Of a stretch of DNA of 64,000 nt, positions 12,566-25,800 are shown in pieces; position 1 is the stretch's first letter, and each line of letters opens with the position of its first letter. This stretch comes from Antedon mediterranea (Eukaryota > Animalia > Echinodermata). A program made the translations under genes and the position numbers. The stretch covers positions 553,812 through 617,811 of the forward strand of contig NC_092675.1 in NCBI RefSeq assembly GCF_964355755.1, given 5' to 3'. Under the pieces are notes generated by a model. That model had not been told where the DNA came from. It saw only the letters and a program-made list of their open reading frames with translations, and ran no database searches.

Positions 12566-14422
12566 TCATTCTTTGTGTCTTGATTTGACAGGCGTTATTG
12601 CTGTCCTTTCTCGAGGGCAACAAACAATTAGGTCTTTGATTCTCGTCGGAAGAGGCAAACAATTGATTGTTGAGGCTGGTATATGTTTCAAAATCACAAG
12701 ACGGCACATGTGTACTAAATTGATTTTAGGCGGTAACTGCCATAATCGAACAGCTCCCTCAGTGGATGAGACGGCTAAAACGTCATCAGAATGACTGAAT
12801 GATATCCGGATGATTTCTGGATACATGCTGAGTTTACAGGGCGTCATTGCGAAAGCTGTTGCTTGCGTTTTGGAATCGAGTAAATACAGTATGTTGCCGC
12901 TGCTTGATGAAATCATCACTATCACTCCATCTTGACAACCGACAGCAAATGAATCTCCCTCCATGTTGTATTTTAAACATGTAGCTTTTGTAACATTTTC
13001 TGGAAGTTTGGAACAATAGATTTGCGACCCACTGTCAATATTTTTGACATAAACTTCATCAGAGTTTACACAAACGGCCAGTACTTCGTGTGGGTACTGC
13101 GGATCGAAATCATAACAACGCTCATTGGTCAGTTTCTCATTTTTACCATCAACTAATACGCATTCAAGATTTGAAAGGTCACGTTTAACTATAAACAACT
13201 GACCTCCAGTAGTGCTAACAGCAACAAACTGACTGTCTGGGGAAAACTTGCATTCTAAACGATCTTGATTCGTTGAATTTTTCTGGAGTTTAAATTTGCT
13301 GAAAAGTTCTCGTACCGATTTTTGGTACATGACGAGCATGTCGCTGGCTCTGAGAATGACCAATACAATGGCAAAATTTAAATGCAGACGAGAACGTCCT
13401 AGTACGGCCACAAAGTTAGAATCAGCAGAAAAGGCACTGAAGAAAAAGGTACTACAAAACATTTCCTTTGCTTTGATGACGCTGCCCTGTTGTATATTTG
13501 AACTGATAATATCTGTATCTGTAAAGAAGCTCACTTGAGTACCACCGGGTGATACGCTACAATGCGGCAAGGCACGACTTGGTTTCGTGTTAATCACATC
13601 TGGAACTATAGAAAGAAATGCAATATATAGTTTAAAGATACATTTTTATAAACTATGACAATTTGTTAAAGAATTCTGATAAAGTCTAAATTTGATATGT
13701 ACAGCAATAAACAAATAAAATGATTGTGTTCCAGTTTGCCAATCATGGCAGGCGCTACCTTGGGTCTATACAGGACAAAAATTAGTTTCTAGTTAAACAA
13801 AGAATGATGAAAAGTTTGTGAAACAGTGTGGTGATGTGAGATTCCGTTTTCAGACTTTTTATGTTTTCTTGGTCAATTTATTCAGTTTTCTTAGGCAATT
13901 TCGTGGTTTATTTTACATCAATATTTTCATTTTCACACTTGTGCTAAATAGCGCATAGAGACTATTTGTATTTTGCGCTATATAAATTTAAACCATTAAC
14001 CATAATAAATTGATATCAGGTTACTTACAGTGTGGATCATTAAAACGCCATAGTGTCATGAAGCCCTGCGGTATCCTGAAATAATTCTGTAGTCTCATCT
14101 TTCTTAGCTGAGTCAAACCTTGTGATCCGCGATAAAAATAACCTCCGAGAGACGTGACTATCTGACTGTCATCAAATGGCATAAATGTGCAGTCTGTCCA
14201 CCAAATGATCTGAGCAGGGTCTAGCCCAGTGGTGACTACTCCAGGTGGAATCACGTTGAATTGATAGAAGACATGGCCTTGATCCTGTCCTTCTAAAGAA
14301 AGAGCACATCCAGTTTTGGAGAGAATTTTGTGTTTTGGAAAACTTATCCATTTGCTTTGTGGTACAGTCTGTTTTAACTTCTTCGTATTGCTGTTAACAG
14401 TAATATTAGCACCCATTTTCAT
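12566..14422 (-). CDS. WD40-repeat protein with C-terminal SOCS box (WSB-like architecture, putative ElonginBC-CUL5 substrate receptor), ~475 aa
   Basis: Coding exons 14422/14416-14029 (donor gtaagt) and 13605-12566 (acceptor tttctatag) join in frame (...DPH-F-PDVINTK...). WD-like blades: AFSADSNFVAV, CKFSPDSQFVAVST, CLKYNMEGDSFAVGCQDG, ISFSHSDDVLAVSSTEGAVRLWQL. SOCS box: NLVHMCRLVILKHI...LPLPTRIKDLI. Likely upstream acceptor near 14472. Confidence 0.85.
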
Positions 14423-14549
14423 AAACACTGGCCACTTATATCTTTAGTTCCATTCCAATGTTACCACTATACTATGGAAAGAAAAATCATAGCAATTTAG
14501 TTAAAAAAAATGATTGTACCTATAAAGAAAATGTTAATACAAATAAAAT

Positions 14550-15160
14550 GCCGTCAACAAACCACACACAATATGTTGCTCTTCTGGGGAATAAGGTGGG
14601 CTTGATATTTGCCGTCAACAAACCACACACAATATTTTGCTCTTCCGGGGAATAAGGTGGGCTTGATATTTGCCGTCAACAAACCAAACACAATATGTTG
14701 CTCTTCCGGGGAATAAGGTGGGCTTGATATTTGCCGTCAACAAACCACACACAATATGTTGCTCTTCCGGGGAATAAGGTGGGCTTGATATTTGCTGTCA
14801 AGAAACCACACACAATATGTTGCTCTTCCGGGGAATAAGGTGGGCTTGATATTTGCCGTCAACAAACCACACACAATATTGTTGCTCTTCTGGGGAATAA
14901 GGTGGGCTTGATATTTGCCGTCAACAAACCACACACAATATGTTGCTCTTCTGGGGAATAAGGTGGGCTTGATATTTGCCCTCAACAAACCACACACAAT
15001 ATGTTGCTCTTCTGGGGAATAAGGTGGGCTTGATATTTGCCGTCAACAAACCACACACAATATTGTTGCTCTTCTGGGGAATAAGGTGGGCTTGATATTT
15101 GCCGTCAACAAACCACACACAATATTTTGCTCTTCTGGGGAATAAGGTGGGCTTGATATT
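14550..15160. repeat. Minisatellite, 60-61-bp unit, ~10 copies
   Basis: gccgtcaacaaaccacacacaatatgttgctcttc(t/c)ggggaataaggtgggcttgatattt, head-to-tail with no spacers. Confidence 0.95.
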
Positions 15161-16080
15161 TTAGTCGTTTTTTAGAAACAATACGGTATTAATAATTATT
15201 TGAAAACTATAAACAGTGCGTCTGAACGGGTAAAATTATTTTTCTATAAATCTCCAAACTAAAATGCATGCTAAATTCCTTGTTAAATTTGGAGGAAATA
15301 TATTGAATAAAAAGAAATTTACAACATTAATTTCCTCCATTATTAAATTTCTCAAAATTCCTTTCTTTCCCCTGTACTTCCATTTTGTAATGTGTTCCTT
15401 TCTATTTCACCATATGTGTGCATGTCCTACACGTGAATAATATAGTCTATTGCTTTGATAACGTATTTATATAAATGTTTATGTTCAAACTTTACAGTAC
15501 TGTAGACTAGTGAATAAAAGTGATTTATACTGTATACTTATTTATATGTGGGTCAAGGGGAAAAAAGGTAATGAAACGTTGGTCACAATACAGAATTTGG
15601 AAACGTACAAGACAATATGCTAATAACTTCTCATATCTTGTGTGATGCCTCTTATTAGTGATCAAAATTAACAGCTTTCATTTCTATTAAAACTACATAC
15701 GAACAAAGGATCATTCGTCCTACAAAGTGTATAATGTATAATAATGAGTTGAATGGAATTTCCTTGTGCATGACCTCAGCAGCATGCAGTTCAATTATAC
15801 CTACGGTTCAATTGAGTTTTACTGACATATAACAAAGGATATCTGCCTAAATATAACATTGACAAATAATTATTAACAATCAATACATGATAAAAGCATC
15901 CTTATAAATAACCTGTATTTTTAGCGAAATATTGAGCCTCACAATCAGTGATTAGCTGTTTCTGGCCAAGTCATCACGTACTTCAAAACAAAATCGGTGC
16001 ACAGATTTCACAGGCCTCGGCTACTGAGATAGCTCACGCTTCCATCTCATCCTTCTACACGCCTAAATCGGTTATAAAAC

Positions 16081-16260
16081 ATTGAGATAAGTTGTTTTAC
16101 CTGTGCTTTACGCTTGCTTTGCCAATTACAGAAGATGAATTTTGATTTTAATAGTTAAAATGTTGTTTTGTTCTCCTACACTCTTTCTCCTCCGCGCGAT
16201 CGTCGACTGCTGCTGCTGTGTTGTTGTTTTGTCTGTGATGACCTCAAGTGAGTGTTGACC
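16081..16260 (-). promoter_or_regulatory. Probable non-coding first exon / promoter region of the WD40-SOCS gene
   Basis: Minus-strand donor (taaagcacag|gtaaaa at 16080) and a local CpG-containing patch (ccgcgcgatcgtcgac, ~16192-16207) in otherwise CpG-poor DNA. Upstream boundary is uncertain. Confidence 0.4.
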
Positions 16261-18104
16261 TGGAAAGATTACGTAATCTCTATTTACAACTTTCATTGTT
16301 CTGGGATTGAGTGAATTTGCTTTTGCTCTAGTTTTAATTTGCAGTATTTGTTATTTGTAAATTCTCTTCATCTTTTATTCATTTGTTCAAACTCAAAATA
16401 CTGTAATATTCAGGATCTATTTACTTGCCTGTTAATATTTGAATCACTAGCCTATAGGCATACATTACAGTATTCACTCAGTCACTATTTAATTTTTCAT
16501 TATCATCACCTTTATCATTCAGGATAAAAATTAAATAATGATAACAGACTCCTACGTACAGTATCTTCATCTTTAATTTATTGATTTATAACTTATATTG
16601 AGTTACATAAAATAAAAGCACCTTGATTAACAAATTCAGTTGATATCAATAACTACTTTAAAGATGCTATTTGAATAAAATATAGGTCCATGGTCCAACC
16701 CTAATGGTCAATATATGGCTCTGGGCCAACCCCCAATTAATCTTATCCTCTGCCTTATCAACTATCGTTAGTATATGAACAATATTTCTCAATAAACCAT
16801 AGTTTAATTTGGTAGTTGAGTTTTATTATGGATAGTAAAACAAATAGTAAACTTAAACGATCATCAATCAACAAGTTTTTTACATTAAATAAAAATTAAA
16901 TATTTATACTAAAATGACTACGTAGCTTCCTAATTTAATGAATAATTAAAAGAAATGTTGATTACCAAATAGCAATCAAGGACAAAACAAAATACGTAGT
17001 ATATATAATATCAGTAGAGGAATGTCCAATAAAAAGTATTAGTAATTAAAAAATGAAATTCTCCCCAAACAGCCCTTTAATTATGTTCAATATAAATTTA
17101 GTTTTAAAATATATACAAATACAAAGTTTAGAGAATGATAGTATTTTGTGATTAGTAAAAAGTTATCTATTTACAACAATTTCTTAAATGTCAACAATTT
17201 ATGTAAGATCAACTCTACGCCAAGTGGTTCAATAACTTTTGTGATGATGGAGCAAAGATAGATTTAACAAAAGTCGTTATTCTTCCACAAACAGTCAACA
17301 CTCCCAATACCGGATACCCTCAGGGCTGGGCTAATATGTCTGGAATTGTGGTAAATAAATGGTAAAAAAGAATGTTGAACCTTTTGGACTCAAGAAAAGT
17401 CTGGTTTTGGGAGATTTTTCGATTTTCAGAAAATCTTATATTGGGAGAGTTTTCGATTTTCAGAAAGTCTGATATTAGGAGAGTTCACTCAATTTAATCA
17501 CACAAACATATCGATATGGCTCGACAATTACAAGTCTTGTATAAACCATTAGAGAAATTCTGTTTGTTTATTTGTTACAGTACCACAACAAGGAGAACAA
17601 ACAGAAACCCCCATAAAGTACCCCACACTGCTGTTACTCATTAACATGTTGTAAATTATATAACACACTTATATTGGAATTTAAGCTATTTGAACATTTT
17701 ACTAGAATTTGGTTGGAACACTTATTGTATCTAATACTAATTTCAGGGAGGATTGAAATCACTTCCTGTTAATGAATACCATTAAGAACTATTATTTTAT
17801 TATTATGACATATTTATTTATCCCAATTTATTACAACTGTTCAATGGTAACACAATTTTATTTTGAAAAATAAGTTTTTTTTTATAAAAGAAAAAAAAGT
17901 TTGACGTAACAAAAGATATAATAATCACATTGTAAATATTTCATATATTTTCATGCCAAATATATATATATACTGATCACAAACACCAAAAATCTCATAG
18001 TAAAGGTGAATAGCAGCAATACTGTTATAGTATAGTTTGTTTAAGTTTAGGTTGCTGATCAACAAAAAATACTAAAGGCACTGTTGTTGATCAACATACA
18101 GTAA

Positions 18105-18415
18105 TATACAAATAATGAATGTTTATGAGTGCAATGGTACAAATAATGGCACGAGGTGAATGATGAAAGGTTATATCAACGAGGCAAAGCCGAGTTGATA
18201 TAACCTTTCATCATTCACCAAGTGCCATTATTTGTACCATTACACGAATACAAAACATTCATTATTTGTTTTATATAACATCTAGACGTTTTTTTTTCGT
18301 ACACAAAAATGTTTCAAAAAGTACTATTTAACGATCGTTGAATAGTGCGTACTATTGCACGCCATGTGACCCACATTCGTCCAATCAAATGACAGGAATT
18401 TATATAGGTGTTATA
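18105..18415. mobile_element. Non-autonomous interspersed element with a long internal hairpin (family B); partial copies at ~37053-37160, ~47228-47315 and ~52780-52840 (reverse)
   Basis: Inverted arms aatggtacaaataatggcac..ggtgaatgatgaaaggttatatcaac / gttgatataacctttcatcattcacc..gtgccattatttgtaccatt around gaggcaaagccga. Shared 3' motif tactattgcacgccatgtgacccacattcgtccaatcaaatgacaggaattt. Confidence 0.75.
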
Positions 18416-18613
18416 TAACATGTATTAATGTATTGATTATCAACATACAGTAACATGTATTAATGTATTGATTATCAACATACAGTAACATGTATTAATG
18501 TATTGATTATCAACATACAGTAACATGTATTAATGTATTGATTATCAACATACAGTAACATGTATTAATGTATTGATTATCAACATACAGTAACATGTAT
18601 TAATGTATTGATT
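18416..18613. repeat. 35-bp tandem repeat, ~5.6 copies
   Basis: (taacatgtattaatgtattgattatcaacatacag)n. Confidence 0.95.
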
Positions 18614-18787
18614 AAAACTCTGTGGCACTTTAGCAACAGAGCAGTGCCTACCATAGATATAATAATAATATCCTGGATTTATCAAGTGCCTAATGTTTTC
18701 ATTTTTTGTATCAAACATGTATGGAAACATACCTAGCTGCATAATGCAGCTAGTAATCAGCGCAAAGTTGTGTCTTGACGTTACCAA

Positions 18788-18900
18788 TACCAGGTACCTA
18801 TTTATACACCTGGGTGGAGAGAGACAAAAGTAAGTAAAGTATCTTGCCTAAGGATACAAGCAATGTGATGAGCATTGGATTCGAACCCACGATCACATGC
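18788..18900 (-). mobile_element. tRNA-derived CORE-like SINE fragment
   Basis: Minus strand reads gggttcgaatcc (B box) ... gtatccttaggcaagatactttac ... ctctctccacccaggtgtataaataggtacc, resembling the MIR/CORE-type core CCTTGGGCAAG...TAAAATGGG. Confidence 0.6.
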
Positions 18901-19806
18901 CCCAATTAAATCTTCTTTTAATACTATTCTATAATCAGTTTTCCGACTTAAAGTACTGTATAAAGATTTTAACTTATTTGATTTTTTTTCAAAATAAAAG
19001 GAATGATTAAAAGACATAATACTTGAGAAAATTTTAATATGCATTGATACTTTCAATTTAAAAAAACAAACAAATATATTTATAGACCTCAGAAAAAGTA
19101 TGATTTTTAAGTTCTTGATGGGGATTTTGTAAGGAATATTAAATTTAGTATTTATGCATGATTACTCAATATAATTGTATATAATATTTCTCACTGACTC
19201 ATGTCAGTCTACAGTACTGATAAAAGCATGTAAGAATATCTTGTAGCCTGAAAATGATTTTAAAGTTTTTGATGGGGCTTTTGTAAGGAATATCAGATTT
19301 AGTATTTATGCATGATTACTCAATATAATTGGGCCGAGTCTATAATATTTCTCACTGACTCATATAATGTCAGCTAAGTTGAAATATGTGATATCACTAC
19401 TAAATACACCAATGCTTCATCTCACTTTAACATCAAATTAAATTTGTATTCAATGAATTGAATAAAATATTAGAAAATAGTAGAAAGTTAATGTATGTTT
19501 TATACAATATTACTATTGCAGGGGGGGGGGGGGGGGGGTTGGGATGTAAGGTGAAACGGTCAGGTGTAGAAAAGGGGATTGGTAAGAGAATGGGTAGATG
19601 GGAAAGATAATGGGTAGGTGAAGAGACAAATAAGTGGTGGGTGAGGCATGGCCTAGGTAAGACAGATGTGGGATGGGATTATTTATTTCATACCAAGTTT
19701 TATATTATATATGAAAATTTTTTATAAAATAACCGAATGACAAACTGTTTCAGATGTATTTATATAATAAATATATTTTGTACAGTGTCTATTGCCAAAT
19801 ATGCTT

Positions 19807-22800
19807 CTAAGAGTTTTGTACCGGGTATTCCAGTATCTCAGGATCGCTTGTTTCACTCGCTGGTTCATTGGAGTCTGGCGTGTCTATATGATCATCTTGT
19901 TTCTTGCTCTGTAATGTCTTGATCACTTCTTCCCACGCAGAAAGGCACTGAAAATTGAAAGCCTCAAAATTATAATGATGTTATATGACAATTTATAATG
20001 GAAATGGTTTAAAATTACAGACATATAAAAAGTGAATCACATCAAGTATGTATAATAGAAAGTGTGATATTACAGGGAAATGATTTATTTAAGATGTCAT
20101 TCCAGATGGAAGAAATTATCATAAACATGAGATATGTATTGCATAATGAGAATTGTAATAAGACATCCTGTACAATCAACAGTATCAGCACTACAGAAGG
20201 AAATTGGAATTCCAGGGCTCTATGAATCAAATTTGATATACGAAAAACATTAAAACAACGAGAAAAAACAAACCAAAAACACACGTATTAATATTGATTG
20301 ATCGATGGATATTTTGGCAAATATTTTATTTCAATCATCTGCAAAACCTATAACCCATCATAAGTTTGTATATTACAAACAAGAAGAAACAACTATGTGT
20401 GTAAAAAGAAATATATTTTTACCGATTCATAATAGTTAGTCCTCCTTTCTGCCCAATTCACAAAAAGTCCTTTAATATCTTTTCTTTTGATTTTATGCCA
20501 TCTATCCATATCAGCTTTTAAGTCGGCGTTGGCTACCTCTGTACGATCATTTAATACCTCCAATTGTTTTTGAAGCTACATAGATAATAACAATGTATAA
20601 TCATAAACTAATAATAAATTGTACAATGTTTCAACTTTCAAAATAAGGGAAATAAATGAAACATTTGAACTATTACATGTTAACGTGAGCTTAATGCTGA
20701 AATTAATTAAGTGTCATTTTAATGTTTTATTTAGTAGATGACATAATTCATGCATCTGTAACCTTTTCTTGTACTATACATTTTCTGCAAGTTAAACATT
20801 ATGCTTGTTGAATGTATTCTTTTAAGAGTGTCTGGCCTCTTTATTTAGTAGATAATTATCTTAATATAAACACTAACAGATTATGTCATGTTCAACTTTG
20901 ACACCATCAAGTAGGTTCTTTAATTTTTTAATGATTTGTTACAAAATACTAAAGAATTTTGTTTTGTGGTTTTAGTTGCAAAAATTTATCATAATAGGCC
21001 TTGTTTCGGCAGCCAAGAATTATCCGATAAAAATTAATCGATATTAGTTCTTATGGAATCGGGGTTTAACTGATTTTTCTTTAAAAAATTAACCGATATT
21101 TACAGTATCTCATTCAAATCAGATATATATAATATGAATACATGACGTTTTAACGAGATCCGAATTGAATTCAAAGAACCAGTCAAAAGTACAATTAAAT
21201 TTCATTAACGCAGGTGACGTCGGTCGAACCTTTACCACTACATTTATCAAATATTCATTCAATTATAATTTTCACTGTAGAGTTCAAATATTTATAATGA
21301 TTTCTTGAAACTATCCATTATGAAGTAGCATCTTTCATATGTTTCTTTAATTTAATATTAAATATTAAATCTATTTGTAAAGTAAAAGAGATTATGACAT
21401 CACCAATACCTCTGTGATGACATAACAATCAATTTATTAGAAATATTAATTAATAATTTTTCATTTTCAATAGTAAAAAAAATTATTTTTAATTTGTGTG
21501 TTATATGAGAAAGGTTGAGCTAATTCAGTAGGAATGTTGTCAAGATGTCCTTGACTTTTTGTAACCCTTTATCTTTATCAACAAAATGTGTTCTGATCAA
21601 GTTTGGTATCTGTAGTGAACCAAAAGTGTCCTATACGTTGTCAACACTTTATAGTCTATACTTTATGTCAATTTAAAGTACCATATATCCTCGGGTATAA
21701 TCCCACAACGGGTATAATCCCACATCGGGTATAATCCCACTCCCTACTTTATGTCTGACTTCACAAACATAGTACCAGTAGGCCTATTGACTTTTGGTCT
21801 GGATGTAGGCCTTTCTCTAGCCAGTTCAGATGAGTTTTTACAAGTATATAGTCCCACCCTTAGCCAAATGTCATGCATATACCAGAGCATATACGGTACT
21901 ATCAATACATTAAATATCCTTTTGCACACAATTTTTACAGATAAATCACTATTATAAAATATCCATATTTGATTAATAATTTGTTAGTTAAGTTGTAAAG
22001 GAATTAATAATTATGGTTATTGTAAGGATGAATTGTACAAAACCAACAAAAATTGATCATTATTAGAAAAATTAAAATATGAAAAAATGAATGTGAAAAT
22101 GTGTATAAAGCTCATAAAACATGCGATTTGAGGTGAGAAGACAAAGCATTTAAATTGAAAAAATGAAGTGAATTTTCATTATCAATACAATACCTATCAA
22201 ATGGTAAATTATTAATATTATACTAAATAAATAATATAGTATTATTCTATTGACAATAACAAGTATTTACACAATTAAAATCATTATGATTACTATTAGT
22301 AATTTGACCTTGTTATGATCATGAATATTATCATTTTAAAAGAACAAAGGGTGATATACGATGAAACTTTAATAACTAAAGAAATCTCTTTTTTAAAATT
22401 ATATTTTTTATTTTATTTTAGAATTTATTTATTTCTGTGTAATATATTTTCACAAATACAATGTTGAAATAGTGGCAGTATCTATGGGCCTGTAATAAAT
22501 AAAAAAACTCCATATAACAATGTTTGCCAAAATCGTTATTGGTAGTCTGTTTATAAACAACGATCACATTGTAACAATGTTTGCCAAAATCGTTATTGGT
22601 ACTAGTCTGTTTATAAACAACGATCACATTGTAACAATGTTTGCTAAAATCGTTATTGGTAGTCTGTTTATAAACAACGATCACATTGTAATCTAATTTT
22701 GACTCGAAATAAAAATTTCTCATTTAGTGGCTGTTCATGGTTTCTAATGCCATCATTACGATTCACAGAGATTAGTTCGCCGCCATTCAATGAACTTCAG

Positions 22801-25800
22801 AGATGAGGTCAACTTGAGACCTTGTTTGCGTTGAAAAACAGAATCGGTTTTTAAAAATGGTTTTGACAATACAGACAGGTAAAATTTGAGATTTTGTGCT
22901 TTTTTATTTTTGTAGTAGTATTCAATTTGTTCTTTAATTTTGAATGGAAAACAGGCCCTGTAACTGCCATAATCATAAGATAAGGATGATGGTGATATTG
23001 GTGTACATGATGGTGATAATATCAGTAACTGGTGATACAACTATGATGATACTATTGATAGTGATACTTTGATGGCACTGTTTATGGTGGTGACGATCAC
23101 TATCCTCAAAATAGTGATGATAATGGCAATCATTTATATTTTATTTGTGATAAAATGATGACAATGATGTCATGATGATGTTGATGCTGATGTCCTGATG
23201 ACGACGATGATGATGAAGATAATGATGACAATGATGATGTCATGATGATGATGATGTCATGATGATGATAATGATGATGATGATAATAATAATAAAGATA
23301 AGAAATTTGAAGGAAGAACTTAATGTGTTAATGGCAATTATCATTTGTAGATTGTGGATGATGTACCTTTGCTATCTGTGTGTCAAGCTTACTACTTTTC
23401 TCTTCTTTGACCTCTGTTGGATCTCGGCCCATAAAAGCTGCAAATGAGTAATTCTGATCTGTAATCTTCACCTAAAGAGTTTAAAGGAGAACATTATCTC
23501 AACGAGTGTTCTACCAACTACAATCTAATGCAGTATTTTAAAGCTAAAATGGAGACTGGAGATGACCCAGCATTGTGTAACCCATGTGGAATTGCATCAG
23601 TAAGCAACCCTGTAGCCAGCAGAATTGTCTCGTCCTTTTTCCTGAACTCCCTTTTCAAACTATAGAGATCAGCAAAAATGGTAGTAAACACTGTAGGCTT
23701 AGCTCTAGTAAACACTGTAGGCTTAGCTCACAACAATGTTTGCTTAAATAGCCACAGAGTTTTCCTTTCTTCTTACTCATCAAAATGATAATTAATATTG
23801 GCCGATTTAAAATATATGCTGGAGTGACCTCTGCCCGATTGTGACCTGAATAATCTCTTAGCAGGGTAGGCTTTTTATATGTACTACGTTCCCAATAAAT
23901 TCAAAGTTTTATATTTTAGCGTAAACAATACAATTTTCACTTAAACAAAGATAGAATGAAATCAATAATGTTACAAAATTATGAATTAACAGAACTCTGC
24001 AATAATGTTTAAAAACAATTATAACATAAAATACAACTGAACTTAACAAACAAAATACAACTCTGAAAAACAGTTATGCATTATTTAAAACACATTTTAA
24101 ATCCATCAACAACACACAGGTAAACGTTTGGGGTATGACAGCAACACATTTTTATTGCAGTTAATCATCTAGAACATGGTTAATTTTATGTTTAGCTTTT
24201 TATTTGCTTTAGTTATAAATAAATCTTATCGTCAAGTTATATGATTCATAAATAATTCATGTTCATTTTTTTTTTAAATAAAAAACACAAACACTGCCAA
24301 TGATTGATAGACTAAGCAATATGATTTGTAGAAGCATAGCAACTGATTTCAGTAACACTGTAGCCCATAGTTTGATTGTCTGTGGCAGCTGTGATATGGT
24401 ATGCTGCTTAATGGAAAATGACAGTATTGATGTTATTATAGAATTCAATATTTTACTTCACATTTCTATTATTACATTGTTGACAAGTGAGTGGCCAAGT
24501 TGTTAAGACATTGGAATCATAATGCATAGCCTTTGGCAAGGGTTCCAGGCTCACTCACTTCATGGTTCTGGTGGTAGAACAAGTTTTCTTGGATAAGGAC
24601 TTATAAACCGTAGGTCCAGTGTACACAAAATGCTTGTGTGCACTTTATAAAGAACCTAGTACATCTTTACATGGTATCTATCATGTAGAAAGATGAAACA
24701 TAGCGTTGTAGTTGGTAGCACCTACATGACGCAACCCTTAAGAGAGAATATGTAGTTGAAAAGTGTAAACATTGCAGCGCATTAAGATGGAATTTAGCAA
24801 AACTTGTACTAATGTATAATTCCTGTAAATTTATATAGATTGATGTGTTGATTGATGAAATCTGTTAGACAAGACACTATTCAGAAATTGATATTAAGCC
24901 ATAAATGACTGTAGGTATGCAAACACAATTACCATCTCAATCATGGAGGAAAAAATACATTTATTTATTTTTTTCTCCATGGTTTGATATACTGTCAAGT
25001 TTTGAATGAATAGTATAAATAGGGAAAGAGTTTAACAACAACAAACAATTTTGTTTAGGTGTTAAAAAGATTTTTTTATTTATTTATACCATAGATTGGA
25101 AACTTAAAACTTTTGCTGAGGGAAATTGTATACTGTGAGATGGACAATTACTATACTTTAAGTGAATAGCTCATAAGAGGAGAGAAAATCTAGTAACTTG
25201 GTTTTTCGTCTCCTGAAACTGCGTGCATAGACGCCCCTACCCCTCCCACAAGTATTTACTGGGTTCTGCCTTTCTTGACTTAAACATGGTTTCATGGAAA
25301 TAAATTTATTAAATGAAATGTGATATAAGACATTGTTTCGTGACAGCTATTACTGCAGTAGCGCAGTAACTTACTTCAGTATAATCAGTTGTTGATTTAT
25401 TACCATATATAAGCATGCACACCTACATGACTACCTAGTACAAGACAGGTATTAAGTACTACATACAGTTGTCAGTGTATAGAGATTACAAACAATGTTT
25501 TAATGCATGCGATATATATAGATTTTAATTCATTGTTGCATTATGAATAATTATAAACGAAAATTGTCAAAAAAAAAACCAGTCAAACTTAGCACTTTGT
25601 GAAATTAAAAAAATCTAATTCATTATGGAATAACTGTCTAATAACTAACATGCATAGCGTACTAAACTGGTTCAATCTACATTCATTTACATATCATTTG
25701 CATATTGATGAATGGTTGCTATTGAGATGACATCAAACAAAAAAAATGTCTGACCTAGAAAGAAAGTGAGGTCAAATATAAAATGTCAGACAACTCACAT

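Noticed and set aside
19095-19372. ~115-bp diverged direct duplication; also short 2-3 copy repeats at ~17405-17483, 21692-21740, 23685-23728, 51628-51703 and 60246-60306
   Set aside because: Ordinary local duplications with no further structure seen.
23367-23471. Apparent frameshift or early donor in SNX30 exon 9
   Set aside because: Careful re-reading gives an open 105-nt exon (VKITDQ...DTQIAK) with a gtacat donor; the gene is intact.
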